Below are positions 14,701-28,300 of a DNA stretch of 64,000 nt, piece by piece. Position 1 is the stretch's first letter. Each line of letters begins with the position of its first letter. The translations under genes were made by a program, and so were the position numbers. The DNA is taken from the NCBI GenBank assembly GCA_951406725.2, contig OX597829.1, positions 51,770,001-51,834,000 of the forward strand. The letters are read 5' to 3'. Below the pieces are notes generated by a model, which had not been told where the DNA came from, searched no databases, and saw only the letters and a list, made by a program, of their open reading frames with translations. The DNA is from Octopus vulgaris (lineage: Eukaryota).

Positions 14701-17683
14701 AAATAGATAAAAATACTTACATCCATTCTAGATGTTGAAGAATCTCGAGACCAATCATTGAACAAACTATTAAGCGTTAGGTTGCTGTTGCTGTTACTGG
14801 TGGTGCTTACAATATTATTTGGCAAAGTTTCAGAAGTAGAAACCTTCTTAATCGGTGAGTCATTCAGAAGGCTGCCAAGAGAGAGATCACTCATCTGTAA
14901 AGAGATAAAATGAAAACCACATTAAGGAAGGTTTTACTACAAATGTGAGACAAATTTTCTAGCATAATAAAAGTCTAGTCCGGCTTTTACATTTCATGTC
15001 CTGATACATTTCCTGCTGTGGCTGTGTAGTCCTATCCTGGACAAACACTCCCTGTGGCAGGTAGATAAAAGTATTTAAGATAGAATTGGTAAAACTGAAG
15101 AGAGCAACAGATTTATTAATGCAGGGTTTGTTTATGTTAAATGTAACCGACCAAGCTTCTTCTCAATTTTGTGAAAGAAAAAAAATCCAAGTAAATTGCA
15201 GGTGGACATGGCATTTGATTGATAATTTAATTAGTACAATATTTCTTATAATATTCCATGTTAGAACCTTGAAAGAAATATCAGACAATACTTCGAATTG
15301 CATTTCACAAAATGGCAACATGCTTTGCATAAAACTATTACACATTTTTGAAAAAAAAAAAAGAGTTATGCTTTCTTTCAATATATTAAATAAAACAATG
15401 AAAATAACTTTAATCCTTTGCCTGTCCAAAGCATTTTTAATAAGTTTTTCCTTAAATGACTAAAGTTGTTTTCAGGCTTTTAGTTAGCCCTTGTTTCATA
15501 TGTTCTAATAAAAGCCTTCTTTCCTAAGTCCCAAGTAACTCTGGTGGTTGAAAAAAAAATTAGGAATGTGTATCATGATGCAGGGATTCAACAGGACAGA
15601 CAATGGGTTAAATCATTCATTATTAAATTCCCCATTTTTTTTTTATTAGTTTCACACCAGGTTAGCAACACAAAGAAAAATATGAGAAAATGGCAAAAAA
15701 AAAAAAGAAGTAAAGTCAAGACAAGAAATTAATAAATAAATTAAAATAGTTACACACACTTTTTCATACCATGGGACATAAGTGTTCCCTTTCAAAACAA
15801 ATTAAAATTCTATAGAAATCAAATTATCATCACCTCAGAGTTGATTAAATAATATGGGTCATAATGACCTATATTTAAAAAAAAATTAGTTGGTTATAAG
15901 CCATTTTCCCCCTTTTATTTGTTGGGTCTTAAGAAAGAGTGCCAACGGCCTTTGCAGGCCCTCTTAGACTTGTGAGACTGATGTCATTAACCTTCTTCTG
16001 AAACCCTTGTAAGTAAACACCAGTGGGAAAGACATGAAGAGAAGGAGATTTCTACAACACCAATATTTTGGGAAGGAAAGACTGAGCATAGTGATGGGTG
16101 ATTAATTCACACACTTTTGCAAGAGTAATTTCACCCATTATTAGTTTGAAAACTACTTGCTGATGAAATCTCTAAATTCTAACAGGGATAAAAAAAAAAA
16201 AAAAACCCATGCCAGTTTAATGCTGAAGACCAAAGTAGTGATTTTTTGTTCTGTCTTTTAAAGCTGTGCAGAAACGGTGACTGGTAATCAACTCAGGAAA
16301 AAAGTTACAATTAATTTATGGGATCCAGACAAAAAACCACCTCAGACCACGCCTCTGACAAAACCCCTGTGACTTTTTTCCCCGTAACTGGATTCGTAGA
16401 AACACATCTAATGTATAATAGCCTTTTTTTGAAAGACAGTAGGGTGTGGTTTGAGGCAGATTTTGCTGCCATTTCTAGTACATTCACTGACTATGTAGGG
16501 GCTTACAAAGCTAAATATTTTCAAGCATAGGTGCTGGCATGACTCTAAGGTAAGAAGCTTGCTTCTCAACCACATGGTCCTGAGTTCAGCCTCAGGCTAA
16601 CCAAAGCTTTGTGAGTGAATTTGGTAGATTGAAACTGAAAGAAGCTTGACGTATGTGTGTGTGTGTGTGCGTGTTTGCCCCACACCACTGCTTGATAACC
16701 AGTGTTGGCATGTTTACATCTGTAACTTAGCGATTTGGCAAAAAAGACCAATAGAATAGGTATTAGGTTTTAAAAAAGAAAAATCATGGGGATCAATTCA
16801 TTTGACTCAAAACCATTCAAATGATTGAAACAAGTAAAAGGGATCATTTAAAAATTTCCTAGTTAAATTGTGAAATGTTTTTCTTTAAATTCACACTTCA
16901 AACTGTAGTTAGGCATGGCTACATATCTAAGAAGTTCACATCCCAACCAAATGGTTTCAGGTTCAGCCTCACTGCATGGCAACTTCATCAAATGTCTTTT
17001 ATAACGCAAGGAGGACAACCAAAGACTAGAATGGATACAAATAAGTTTATGCTAAGGAAAAGAGAGGCAAAGTATGATAGAAAAGGACAGAGCAGGATAG
17101 GTTTCTTACAGAAGAGGGGATGTTTATACATATATATATATATAATGACAAGTGACAGAGACTTTGGAGATATGCTGTACTTAAGAAGACCTGGCAAGCC
17201 AAGTGAGACCATAATCTGTGGCCTATGCCAGTGGTGTATAACCAGCCCACTTATGAGTACCCTTCATTCATTGGAAATAACCTTTGCTCGCGAAGACCTA
17301 CTGAGGCAAGTGAAATCAAAATCGCTGACGTGGCTGATGACAGTACCACCTGATTGGCACCCACCCATGCCAGTGGAATGTTAAAGCACCATTCGAGCGT
17401 GATCATTGCCAGGACCGTTAGATGGGCCCTGTGCGGATGGCATGTTAAAAACACCATTTAAGCATGGTCGTTGCCAGTACCGCCTAACTGGCCCTCGTGC
17501 CGGTGGCATGTAAAAGCACCCACTACACTCTCAGAGTGGTTGGCGTTAGGAAGGGCATCCAGCTGAAAAAACATTGCCAGATCAGATTGAAGCTTGGTGC
17601 AGCCTTCTGGCTCACAAGTCCTCAGACAAACTGTCCAACCCATGCCAGCATGGAAAGTGGATGTTAAATGGCAATAATGATTA

Positions 17684-17715
<32 letters not shown>

Positions 17716-19730
17716 ACACGCAGGTGTGTTTACATTCCTGTAATTTAGTGGTTTGGCAAAAGAGTCCGGTAGAATAAGTACCAGGCTTAGTCCTGGGGGG
17801 GGTCAATTTGTTTGATTAAAGGTGGTGCTCCAGCATGGCCATAGTCCAATGACAGAAAAAAGGTGAAAGAATAAATATATAACGTATATAAGTTTAGCAC
17901 AAATAACACCACTTAAAACAAAACCGAGGTCGTGTCAAGATGGTAACTGATAATATGATAGCCACATTATCAGCTGATATTTCGGTGCTATCATTAACAG
18001 AAGAGTAATTTCCTAAATGTGATGGAACAATATGAAAAGCTTTGATGGGACTGGCTAGTCCACATTACTCCATAAGGAGCATAGGGTCAGTTTCCCAGTT
18101 TCTCTGGTGTATACATATTCCTCCCTGGATGGAATGCGTGTCTGTGCAGGATCGCTAATTTTTATCAGCTGAGTGGGCTGGAGCAACATGAAATGAAGTG
18201 TCTTGCTAAGGAACACAATGCCTTGCCCTGTCCAGGAATTGAAACCTCAATCTTGTCATCATGAGTTCAACACCCTAAACCACTAAGCAATGTGCCTCTA
18301 CTCAATGGGATTGCTTAACCAGAAATAGTACCCAAATCACACACTACTATATTAGAAGTATCTTAAAAAAGAAGACAAGAGCACATTACATAATGTAATC
18401 TTAGCTACACTTACATATTGATTAGAACTGGAATCCCTTTGGATATAAGTTTTGCTTAATCAAGATTGAACTGAGTGAAATAATAAATTCTTTTACTGTT
18501 ATTTTTAAATGGTACTCATTTAAGATCCTTAATCCAATACATTTCTTTTTTATTTTAAATATCTTTTGTAACTGTAAAAGAAAAATCAAGTTTTGAAATA
18601 ATTTATGATCAAATAAACAATTCTGAATTTGAATATGTATCAATGAAATAAAATTTGAAAAAGAATAATTTCAAACCCTCATCATCAATATAATAAAATG
18701 TCTTACTTCTCCAAGTATCCAGTTATTATCTGAGTTGAACTTAAAGGGACTGTAATAAGGACTAGTCTGGCTCCTAAACTCTGTACTCAAAGGAGGTGTA
18801 GTCAAACCACTGTCACTAGTTGGTGCTTTTCCCTCAGAACCTTCTAGCATGGCTGTAAAATAAGTTACAATCAATGTCATTATACAATTTTCTTATCAAA
18901 AAACAAAGAATTATTTGGCAATATCAGTTACATCATGACAAAATTCTGAACAGCAGAAGGTCTTCAGAGAAGAAACCCCACTCAAGCAAATGTCTCAGAC
19001 CTCAAAGTCTTCTAAAGGGTCTGAGCCACATCCAGGTTATGACTCCTGGGTGTTCTGCTGATACTTTAAACCACGTGGACATCAGAAACTTGTACATTTA
19101 AACCACATTTAAGACAAATGTCTACAAAAGGTTTAAGACTTTTTGGTGTAGCTGTGTGGTTAAGAAGTTCACTCTGCAGTCAGATGGTTTTAGGTTCGAT
19201 CCCACTAACCACCACATTCAAAATGTCTCTACTTCTATAACCCTAGGCCTACCAATGTCTTGTGAATGATCTTGGTAGGTGGAAACTGTATTATATATAT
19301 AATTTTTAATAACAGCTTGACTCAACTCCATATGGCTTAAAGATTTGTGGGTATGGTGGACATGTTCATCTGACCAGTTGACAGGAGATATCTTCTGATA
19401 TCTGATGAGATGGATGCATACTACACACCCACAGAAATCATTGATATATATATTATATATATATATATATATGGAGACATCAGTTTATTCAAGGATATTC
19501 AAATCCAGATAATAAAATTCCAGTCCTACAGCTGTTTCCATATCCAATTAGTTCAATTATAGAAATTAAATTAATTTAACTTAAATTTTCTTATTGAAAC
19601 TGGTTAATTGGGTATTCCATCAGGGAAGAATTTCCCCAAAAGGGAGTTACATTTCAACATGTTGATTGATGTACACACAGATGTATGAGTTGTAAAAAAA
19701 AAAACAGTATCAACAAAAAAACCCCGATAT

Positions 19731-19773
<43 letters not shown>

Positions 19774-22323
19774 CACATATAAATGTTTGATATATTTGTG
19801 GTCATTTATATGTAATACATAATGGCTTTTATTGGTGGTGGTGTAGTAGTTAGGTGAAATAGATGTTATAGGGCGAGAGAGAGAGAGACAAAGTCAACTT
19901 GTGTAGAATTTGAACTCAGAATAAAATATTGACGCTCTTATAATTCTGACCACAATAGTGTCAATGCCAACATTAAGAACAATAATACTTACACATAGAA
20001 ACGTCAGATAAAGAAATATCAAACAGTGTAGAAATATTCGGAGGAGAAGAACCTAATTTGGTCCCAGATGAAGAAGTGGTTGCAGAGGTATCTGTTGTAG
20101 TTGAACTGGTGTTCATCAGTGAAATCTGTACAGAGAAACACAAAAGAAACTCAGAACATAATTTCATAACTTCTGTGTTTTTAATCAAAGGGGATCAGAT
20201 TGAGTCTGGTGCAGCCTCCTGGCTTGCCAGTCCTCATGGAAAGCGGCTTTAGAAGAAGTGACAAGGAAGAGGAGGACTCATTATGGCACATGCTTTAAGA
20301 TGTTTCCATACTTTGGGATAAATTCCAGTAGAAGTACAAAAAGTGAAGAACTCAATGAGAATAGCAGCTAGCTCTAAGATACATTACCTGAGACTAACCT
20401 TACAGACATCTTCAACTCCAGCAAATAGTGTTGCTAAAGTGAACAGAAAAGTGGGATTCTTCCAGTTTTTTTGTTTGTTTATTCTTTTTGTAGGTAGAAA
20501 AGAAAGAATTTAGGAGTTTTGTTGGTGTGTGAAGCTGAAGACAAAACAACTCCATCAAGAGTGTTACTTTATTATTTCTTTTATTTTCAGTAGGAAAGAG
20601 CAATGCTCTGGGTTTTTTGCAGGTTCTCTAAGACCAGAAAGATCAATGGCTTTAAAAAAATGGCTCTTGGAGTGGGTTGGGGTAAAAGGGGAAAACAATG
20701 GCTCATTATTGTCACTAACTCCTACAAAAACTTTTGTGATGCCCATTCTCAGCAAGGCCCTTATTATGAATTGATTATGTACCAGGAGGTTATTGCTCTT
20801 GTCTAATCTCAGGTCACTTTTGAATGATTAGACTCTTCTGACCAAAATGTTCTAAGTATTACCCTCAAGTCTTATTTTTAGACACTGTATCAAAATTTAT
20901 TTAAACTGTGTCCTTTTCTTTTTTAAAATGGTGAGGGTGTAATTTGAGTGAACACGCTAGCAAGTGAGGTACCTGTATTGCACCATTAAAAGCCCCCGAG
21001 AAACATTTTCTGTCTAGAGTCCCTAACAAACTATGGAACTATGCAAGTGTGGTGTCGGTGGAGAGGACGACAGATAAGGGAGGGCGGAAGTAGGGCTTGC
21101 AGGGACCCGGTGCAAGACGGGAGGGCGCATGTGTGGCGGAAGCGGTCAAGCAGCACGCACGTGTCGCGATCAACGAAGGGGCAGTTGGAGCTGAGACGAA
21201 GAAGCGACTGGACGTGACGAGTTCCGAAGAGACCTGAATCAATGCCGAGGTAAGACCTGTTTGTATTTCCCCTCCTTCTCCTTCTGTTGTCCTCTTCATC
21301 CATCACACTACAGCAAGGAAGGTGCAACAAGAAGCAGCTCTTGAAGCAACAATGCTCTTTTCAAATTCTGAGTGTAGTCCATGTTTTTGGAATGGAATTA
21401 AACCTCTTAAAAATATCAAAATTTATTTTCCTTTCAAACAATTTATTTAGTACTTTATATTTTCCTTTTTATTTCAGTCACTCCTTTACTATCCATGATT
21501 AATCTCCGAAAGAGAGAGAGAGAGAGAATAGACTGAAATTAGCTGACTTCATAATACTCATTGTCATCAACATAACCCAGAATAAATATACAAAGCATCG
21601 ATTTGATTCTCATACAAACACTGACATGGTTGCATGATTAAAACTCTTCTACAACAGCCTCGGTTTAACAAAAGCCCTGTGATTGAAACTTAATAGATTG
21701 AAACCATCTAAGGGAACTGTTTTTGCTTTTAGAGGGTAGACTTTCTCTTGTCCATTTTAACACCACCATTCACTGTTATAAGGGCTACATATAAATTCCA
21801 ATTTTTTCTGATATTGATGGGGGACACCGAAAGTAGTCACAATCACTAAATGTCAATTCAAAAGGTAGCCTGACATTGAAATGTAATGAGACAAAAATAA
21901 ATGCCTCACTGTTCAAAATATTATTAAAATTTTTTAAATATGTTACCGTGACCTATTTAATGTGCATTAACAGGAACAAAAGAAATATTCGGTTTGGACC
22001 AATATTGAACTAAACTCGGGTAAAGAGGACCTATTTTGTGGCCATCTTGTGAAAATGGCTATTAGTGAATTATATGTTCAATCATAGATTTTCCTGTCTA
22101 AACCATTACAAACAGAAAAGTTTAATCCATTGACTACAAAACCATCCAACAAGTACATATTTATTTGTTCAGGTTCATCCCATACCAGCATCATCATCAT
22201 CGTTTAACGTCCGCTTTCCATGCTAGCATGGGTTGGACGGTTCAACTGGGGTCTGGCAAGCCCGAAGGCTGCACCAGGCCAGTCAGATCTGGCAGTGTTT
22301 CTACAGCTGGATGCCCTTCCCAG

Positions 22324-22366
<43 letters not shown>

Positions 22367-25300
22367 GGAGTAAACACATAAATGTGAAACAAGGTGGAAA
22401 AAAGAGTACTCAAATACCAGTGGTAGAGTAATATGCTTTATTTAAAGCAGCAGAAAATTCAACAAAACCTGTTACTCGGAGTTTCACGTTGCCGTTCGTC
22501 GGATTCTAGCAAAAACTGTCCGACGAATGGCAACGTGAAACTCAGAGTAACAGGTTTTGTTGAATTTTCTGCTGCTTTAAATAAAGTATATTCCTCAGGC
22601 ATCTCTATCAGAAACAACCATCATTACACTTTCTAGCTGGATTCCCAACTGAGACCATGGGGTATTATCCAACCGTCTCATTCTTGATCTACTCTTATGC
22701 CCCCAATGTGCCCAATTTTCATGTTTGCACTATTTTTTTTTCAAAAGAAAGGATAACTTACCAAAGAGGGTGCCTCTAAGCGATCACTCAGACTACTAAA
22801 ATGAACAGACAAACCTCCCTCAAACAACACACTATGCTTTAAAGAAGGATTCATTGGACAATGTAGTTCTACATATACAAAAAATGGGGGAAAAATTACA
22901 TGATGGTCAAAAATCTTCACAATCAGAGCCTATATGAGGAACAAAAACAATAGAAACAAAATTAAATTAATGAACGGAATATGTGGTTATAACATTCTGA
23001 AGAAGAATAAAAGATTATGTCATAAACTGTTACCATTTCTTGAGGAGTGGCTAAAATTTGAGATGGAACTTCTACTGAAGTAGGAACACCAACTGGTAAC
23101 TTCACTGATAAAGAATTGGTATTAACTGCTAATGTTGAAGAATTTGACAAATCAGTAGTTATTGCTGGAAGAAGAAAAAAAAAGAAATCTTTAAAAAATT
23201 GTAAAAAAAAACCCAACAAAACAGAATGGAATTGAGATTATGAATCTTTTATCTCTTACTTATTTCAGTCACAGGATTGTGGCCATGCTGGTGCACCAAC
23301 TTGAAAGGTTTCAGTTGAACAAATCAATCCCTGTACTTAAATTATATTTAAAACCTGGTACTTATTCTATTGGTCACATTTGCTGAACTGTTAAGTTACT
23401 GGACACACACACACACACACACACAAAACAGGTGTCTTTCAGTTTCCATCTACCAAATAATTAACAAAGTTTTGGTTGGTCTAGGGCTACAGTAGAAGGC
23501 ACTTGCAGAAGGTGCCACACCATGTGGCTAGGAAGCAAACTTACCACATGGTCACAGTCAATTTTCTTATTAATGACAGTTTGAGAAGTGAATATCCAAA
23601 CTGACAGTCATACCAACAAAGAAACTTTTACATGGTCAAGCAACTTGTCTGGTATGTTGTGATTATAGTTCCATTAAATCAGTACCAAAGTGAGGAAGAG
23701 GGCAAAGGTCAAACAGTAACAAAAAAGGACACATTGGCAAATGTAGACCTTCCCAAATACATTGATTGGGAGATCCAAAGCTGGAACCCTTTTGATCACA
23801 AGTCTACACAATTAGGGCAGCCCTCAGGTTAAACAATAACAATAAAAATAATAATAAATAATTACATCATTCTGAACTTTTAAGCATAATTTTTCCATTT
23901 TATTATTATTTTTAAAAAACATTTAAAACAGAAAATTTCTAAATATTGTTGGATCTCAAATTTGGTGTTACTGTGTGGTTAAAAACCTAGCTTTACTACC
24001 AGATGTATTTCTTTACTACCCACAAGGGGCTAAACATAGAGGGGACAAACAAGGACAGACAAAGGGATTGAGTCGATTATATCGACCCCAGTGCGAAACT
24101 GGTACTTTATTTATTGACCTTGAAAGGATGAAAGGCAAAGTTGACCTCGACGGAATTTGAACTCAGAATGTAACGACAGACGAAATACCGCTAAGCACTT
24201 TGCCTGGCGCGCTAACGTGTCTGCCAGCTCGCCGCCTTTGATGATTTTGGTTTTAGTCCCACTGCCTGGCATCCTGTATTACAGTACTGGATTGACCAAA
24301 ACCGTAAGAGTGAAATTTAACAAATAAAAACTGCATGGTAACCTATCAAGGGTACCATTCCTATCATTGGATTATAGGATTAATCATTGTCTTGCTTAAC
24401 ACCATCACTTGGCCACTGAAGTATTTTAGTAAAGTCCACACTGTTGCAAGCATGTCTCCAGAAGACGACTTCTTTACATCCCCTCACCAACTGTGAAGAA
24501 GCTGAAAACAATCTACAGGTGTTGCCAGTTCACATCTGAGTAAGTTCAAATATCATTTAGTAATTTAGCCATGTGTGTATGTGTTTTATAAGCTCACTTA
24601 ATGAATATTTGATTTTGATAAAATATTAAGAAACAGTGAAGAGATGAAACCATTTCCAGAACCTTTAAACAATGAGCACTTGGAATAGCTTGCTTCACCC
24701 TATCTTTCTGGAGAACAGACACAAGCTGAGTTGATGACAGAGATAAAATGCAAAACAATTGATCAGTATTGAACAGTGTTACTTATATTAAAAGATACTC
24801 CTTAATTAAAAAAAAACAGAGTCAAAGAAAAGGTATTGGATTGTTAGATAAATCCTTTTGTTTCTTTTCAATGTTGTTTGAAAAATAGTTTTTATTATAA
24901 TGCTTTATGTATCTTTTTGTAGTTCTATTCTTTTACAGATTTTGTTCATCGTTTTGAAATTTGAATAAATTTTCTCTTTTCAGACATTTGATGACAGAGT
25001 AGAAAAAAAAATCAACATTTTTGACACCTGCTTCTCTTCGCTTTCAGTCAAGGTTACAAAACTGCCAAAGCTGTTTGAGGCATTTGAACTGTGTACTGAG
25101 AAGGTGCTATCACTGAAAGAACTGCACAGAAATGATTTTTACACTTCAAGAAAGAGGAATTTGACCTCACAGACCCTCTGCATTATAGTCAACTAGTTCA
25201 ATTCAATGAAGATCAATTGAACAAGCTCATCCATGAAGATCCATGCCAATCCACTAGGGAATTAGCCTAGCAGATAGGATGTTTTCCTGATACTGCTACC

Positions 25301-28300
25301 AGTCACCATTGACATGGCATGCTTCTTCAACATGACAACACTCATTTCCATGTTGCCAATTAGACCAAAAATGTGAGTGGAAATCTCAAGAATTTCTGCA
25401 CCCATTGTATTCTCCTGATATAGCACTTTCAGGTAATCACCTTTTCTGGTCACTGGCCAACAGTCTGTGTAGCATTTTGTTCAACAAAATGGAGCTGAAA
25501 ATGTGGATCAATGAATTTTTCAAGTCAAGATCTGGTGATTTCAAACATCAAAGCATTGACAAGCTAGTGGAATGCTGGCAAGAATTCATGAACGATGAAA
25601 AAGAATATATTGACTGATTTGTGGAAACAGTTGATGAAAAATAAGGATTAAAATAAATGGGGCAAAAAAAAAAAATGAACTAATTTATTTGACAACCCAA
25701 TAATAATCACTGAAAGCTAAACGAAACAGTATGAGTTAAAACATCTTAAGTAATAAAAACCATATGTTGGCAAATTTTCTGAGTCCTCAAGAACAAAGAA
25801 TTGAAGATACTGTTAAAAAAAACTGTACTGTATTTATACAAGGTTGTACTGCTGCACTATTGAAACATTAGGATGTTGTACACATGATCATAAGATTTGT
25901 GGTTTCAATTCCTGGACTGGGTGATGCATTGTGTTCTTGAGCAAGACACTTCATTTCACATTACTCCAGCCCACTCAGCTGTAAATGAGTACCACTGTGA
26001 TGGACTGGTGTTTTGCTCTGAGGGAATGTTGTGATCTTGGTCACTTATGCACCACGGAAGCCAAGTAGCTGGCATGATGAGTACGAGGACTTGAGACAGT
26101 AATGTCCAAAGGTTGATGATGGGCCTACATCTGTAAACATGACAGACATTCTACCATTGGACCAAAGCAATCCTTCAAATTTCTCTATCCACTTCAGAAA
26201 CTTTGTTCCTATCAGCAAGAATTGTATATTATTAGCATCTTAACCCATATATGCCCATAAAAAAATGAAGTCTTGAAATTTCATTTTATTTAGATTAAAC
26301 ATTATGGTAAGCTTTCACAATCTGGAAGAGAAGGACAGTATGCAGCTGTTAGCTACAGGTGTCGACTACCTGCTGAACATTTCGTATGCCCAGTCAAATG
26401 CTTCCAGGTGAGTTCATGTCCAAACAAGCAGGAGTAAGTTTTGCGTTATGAAAATGCAACCAGGGGTTTATACAAGTTAAGAATTCATGAACTTCAAAGG
26501 AACATTAAATAATTTTTTTTTTTTTAATATTGAATCTTGAAGCAGATGAGCTACACAGGGTGTTCAAGCTAAATTTGATAAATCTTATGTCTCCATTTTT
26601 TCAGGAGAGCATAAAGATTAAAGTTGTATTTGAGCAAAAGGTCAGTTGACGTGGAGGACTGGAAGCCATCTGAATACTGGAAGAGAATTACCTGTATCAT
26701 GATTTGCAGCAGAAATCAAAATGCCAATGTCATGACTACTGCTTAATGCCCTGTGGACATTGTAAAGGGTCTAAAATGTGATATGGACAGCTGCAGCAGA
26801 GACTATGAAGCCATGGCCAACAGGAAGAGACACAGTAGGTGCTGTAACTGTGTCCACATACCAGAATTCATTCAGTAACTGTACAATAGGGTGGCAGAAA
26901 CCCTGACCAAGGGAATCCAGGCTTTGGTGAAAGAGATGGGCATTAAGATTTCTAGCATGAAGCTGACCCTGAATGAGGACATTTGCTACCACTCATACAA
27001 AAAGCACAAAGGAGAAATTCTGACCACCAATGCCAAGGAGAACTGCTTGACAAAGGCAAAGAAGCTCCTGAACAAACCAAAGCATCCTGTTGAGCCAAAG
27101 ATTTTTCTGGTTCTTCTCAGACGAAAAGAACTTCTGCTGGGATCAGTTGCACAACATTCAGAACAAGGTAGCTTGCCTATAATCCATGTGAAGTTCCACA
27201 TATCATCAAAACCAAGTTCCACGAAACTGTGGTGGTCTTTGGATGAGTCTCCAGTGAGGGCGACATCATGCTGCCCCACTCTCTGAACAGAGCCTTAGAC
27301 TCAATTCAAAAAGCTATGTGAAGCTTTTGGAGACTGTGGCCAAATGTTGGCTACAGCAGATTGCTGTTGGAAGACCATAAATGTGGCAGTAGGACTTGGG
27401 TCTTTATCATACCACCGGAAAGAGTGAAATGTGGTTGTCCAAGAATCTCTATGACTTCACTAGCCCCGGTTTCTGGTCTCCTAATTCCTCTGATTGTAAA
27501 CCCAGGGATTATTATGCGTGATCCACAGTAGAGAAAGGCACTAGCCATGCTGCTTTCAACACCAAAGCTGAGCTGGTATTCAAAGATCTTCCCATGGACA
27601 CAGAGAAGAATGCATGTGTCAAGTTCCAGAGCCATCTTGAGGCTAGCTATAAATTAGTTGATATTTTTTGATTAAAAAAAACAACTTTTCTTTTTGAATG
27701 GGATTATGATGTTCTCTGTTGCCTTGATGCAAACTCAAATTTAGCCTGAACACCCTGTAGGCAATAGCATGCATGCCTTGATGTGTGCACTATAGAGTTC
27801 TGCTGAATCAACAGCAAAAGAATGTGCAAAACATAGAAAATACATTATATTATACCAAAACAATAAGACAAACTCATTGTTTGACTAATTCCAGGTAAGT
27901 GCTGATCAATGGAATTTGCTCAAGGTGTGTATGAATGACTATATTATCCAATATGTCACTTTCTTTCTTTTTTAACAATGGTATGGAATGATTTGAAGGA
28001 AATTAGATTTAACTGCTATTTCTAATTCACTGAAAGCTACTTCATAAGAACATTGGTTCTCAACCTATTTTAATATCTGGGCCAGATCCAAAACCTGGAT
28101 TTTCTTAGGGGCTTTGCACCCAAAAAAGTAAAATGCAAGCCAGTTAAAGAAATAATTATATTTATAGAAGGAAAACCAGGGTCTATTAGAAGGAGGCTTG
28201 AGGGCTGCATATGGGAGCTGCAGTTCAGAATCATTGTCTTAGAAGTTTCTATATGTAAAAATGTAATGGAGAACAAATTGTTGTAAAGGAATTAAGTACT

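Noticed and set aside
21031-21330. GC-rich ORFs as a nested or horizontally acquired gene
   Set aside because: They coincide with a TSD-bounded solo LTR.
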